A stretch of DNA of 64,000 nt from Longimicrobiales bacterium. GTDB lineage: Bacteria; Gemmatimonadota; Gemmatimonadetes; Longimicrobiales; Gaopeijiaceae. Position numbers and translations under genes: made by a program. Under the pieces are notes generated by a model that was not told the origin of the DNA, did no database searches, and saw nothing but the letters and a program-made list of their open reading frames with translations. The stretch lies in assembly GCA_965226375.1 (NCBI GenBank), contig CBDDCX010000007.1, positions 1-64,000 on the forward strand. Direction: 5' to 3'. Positions 62,266-64,000 of this stretch are shown piece by piece; within the stretch, counting starts at the first letter, position 1, and the number at the start of each line of letters is the position of its first letter.

Positions 62266-63003
62266 CTGCGGGCCCTCACCCGAGTTGCCACTCCCGAAAG
62301 CGAAGGCGAACTGCTCGAACTCGCACACTGCAGCACGGCCGCCCAACTGGAGCGGGTGGTACGGGCCTGGCGTCGGTTGAGCCGGCACGACGAGCAGGAG
62401 CTCGAACGGATGCGGCATCGCTCGCGCTGCTTCTCGGTCTTCCCCGACGAGGAGGGCATGTACCTGGTGCGCGGCCGGTTGGACCCAGAGGTGGGCGCGA
62501 TGCTCATACGGGCCGTCGATGCGGCGGGCGACGCGTTGTTCCGCCGGAACGCTTCGGAAGAGATCGAGCCAAAGCAGCGTCGAGCGGACGCGGTGGGGTT
62601 GCTCGCGGAGATGGCACTGGCGGTGGGGTTCGGGCATGCGGACAGGGAGGATCTGCAAGGCGTGGGCGGCGAAGCCGAGGGCACGACACGTAAAGGCAGC
62701 GGCGCGGAGAGGGAGAGCGATGATGCCACCGACACCGAGACCGGCGCCGATCCGACCCCCCGCAGCGGCAGTCGAGCCGAGCGCTTCCAGGTCGTACTAC
62801 ACGTCGAGGCGGCCACCCTGGATCGTGACAGCGAACCAGGGCGTTCCGAACTGGAGGATGGGACGCGCGTTTCCGCGGAAACGTCTCGGCGGCTCTCATG
62901 CGACGCGAGCGTGGTGCGAATCTCCGAGGCGCCGGACGGCTCTATCCTCGACATCGGGCGCAAGACTCGTACGATTCCGCCGGCCCTTCGGCGTGCGCTG
63001 GAC
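62266..63003 (+). pseudogene. DUF222/13E12-repeat (HNH-associated) protein fragment
   Basis: RALTRVATP, VRGRLDPEVG, QRRADA, RRLSCDA...LDIGRKTRTIPPALRRAL; stops before the HNH domain. Confidence 0.82.
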
Positions 63004-63762
63004 ATCCCTGTACAGCGCCTCGAGTCCATCGGCTCGTTCACTCGCGAATCGGGCCGGAGGAAGCGAAGCAAAGACACACGTGTCGCCATCGTTGGTGGGG
63101 ATGGCTCCCACGCTCGCGTTTAGTGCGTAAAACCAGTGGAAGCCCTCGAGCCCCAGATCCTGGAAGTACCCGTAAATGGAAGCCGTTGTATGGGAGACGG
63201 AATAGTCCAGGTCGGCTTCTATGAGGCGCGCCACGCGCGACCGGATTCCGTCGGCCCCGATGACGACCTCGGCAGCCACTTCGATCTCGGCCCTGTCGGC
63301 TCCGGCGATCTTGGCGCCACGGATCCGACCGTCGGAGTCGCGGAGCAGATCCACCACGGACAGGCCATGGACGACTTCGGCGCCGGCAGCCTCGGCGGCG
63401 TCCACGAGTATGCGGTCCACGACGGTCCGTCGGGGGGCGTACAGCGCATCGATCCCGTCCTTCGCCTTGATCGCGACCTCGATGGGCTCGTCACCGTAGT
63501 GGAACGTGGTCGTCCGGATCGGGGGGGTCCCTGCGGCCTGCAGCTCGCCGAGCACCCCCCAGCGATGCAGCTGTAGCACTCCGGGCCTCATGAGCGCGTG
63601 GGTCGACAGAGTGTCGCTTCCACGCTTTGCCGGATCGACTACCAGGACTCGAAGCCCCTGATGGGCGAGGAGCATGGCGGTGGACGCACCCGAACAGCGC
63701 GCGCCCGCGATCACAACGTCGTAGCGGTCCCGTGAGACCGAAGACCGCGAAGTCGGCCCCAC
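63001..63762 (-). pseudogene. FAD-dependent oxidoreductase (geranylgeranyl-reductase-like), 3'-truncated
   Basis: YDVVIAGARCSG, APRRTVVD, VIGADGIRSRVA; no C-terminal GD motif; collides with the DUF222 fragment. Confidence 0.82.
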
Positions 63763-63764
63763 TT

Positions 63765-64000
63765 TCAGGTCACCACGGGGCTTGGAACCACACGCTCTGC
63801 ACCTGACGGACGCGCCGACGGGGAGTTGACTTGGTCCTCGGATGATGGACCCGCCTGGTCTTCGGATGCCGGACTCGACTGCTCCAACGCCACCGCGGTG
63901 CCGTTGGATCCGCCATTGTCCAGATACGCCGCCAGGTGAGCGCTCAGATTGCGCGCATCATCCCCCGCCCCGTCGATCAAGCTCGACTTCCGACGACGCA
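63765..64000 (-). CDS. C-terminal part of a flavoprotein monooxygenase-like protein (runs off the window)
   Basis: RRRKSSLIDGAGDDARNLSAHL followed by a low-complexity tail. Confidence 0.55.
   Translation of the reverse strand, partial: RRRKSSLIDGAGDDARNLSAHLAAYLDNGGSNGTAVALEQSSPASEDQAGPSSEDQVNSPSARPSGAERVVPSPVVT

Overview
GC-rich bacterial DNA. The gene content (SusC/SusD pair, ADOP-type orphan permease, many exported peptidases) resembles Gemmatimonadota/Acidobacteriota-type organisms; this taxonomic placement is inference only. The window has four parts. (1) ~3.3-15.9 kb: a susC-susD-OMP locus followed by a tandem array of three near-complete and one decayed secreted His-rich beta-propeller (LVIVD/choice-of-anchor-B-like) paralogs, next to an orphan FixJ/LuxR regulator. 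(2) ~15.9-29 kb: shredded remains of integrative/mobilisable elements (integrase fragments, AlpA, excisionase-like HTH, ArdC, VirB11/CpaF ATPase, putative Replic_Relax-like protein, candidate oriT, a structured non-coding element) carrying a PD-(D/E)XK nuclease and a TonB receptor. (3) ~29-36.5 kb: a defence-like island (Schlafen/AlbA_2 fusion, DUF6946-like, wHTH-PD-(D/E)XK, SBD-HNH) in which every gene is broken by an IS. (4) ~36.5-64 kb: mostly ordinary metabolic, peptidase and transport genes. Mobile DNA comprises three IS1595-family copies (two with 8-bp target duplications), one IS481, two truncated IS3-like elements, an IS256 fragment, an IS21 end and a DUF222 fragment. Several single-base frameshifts lie in short homopolymers and may be sequencing errors. 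No CRISPR array, tRNA or rRNA was seen. All family assignments come from motif recognition by eye, not database searches.
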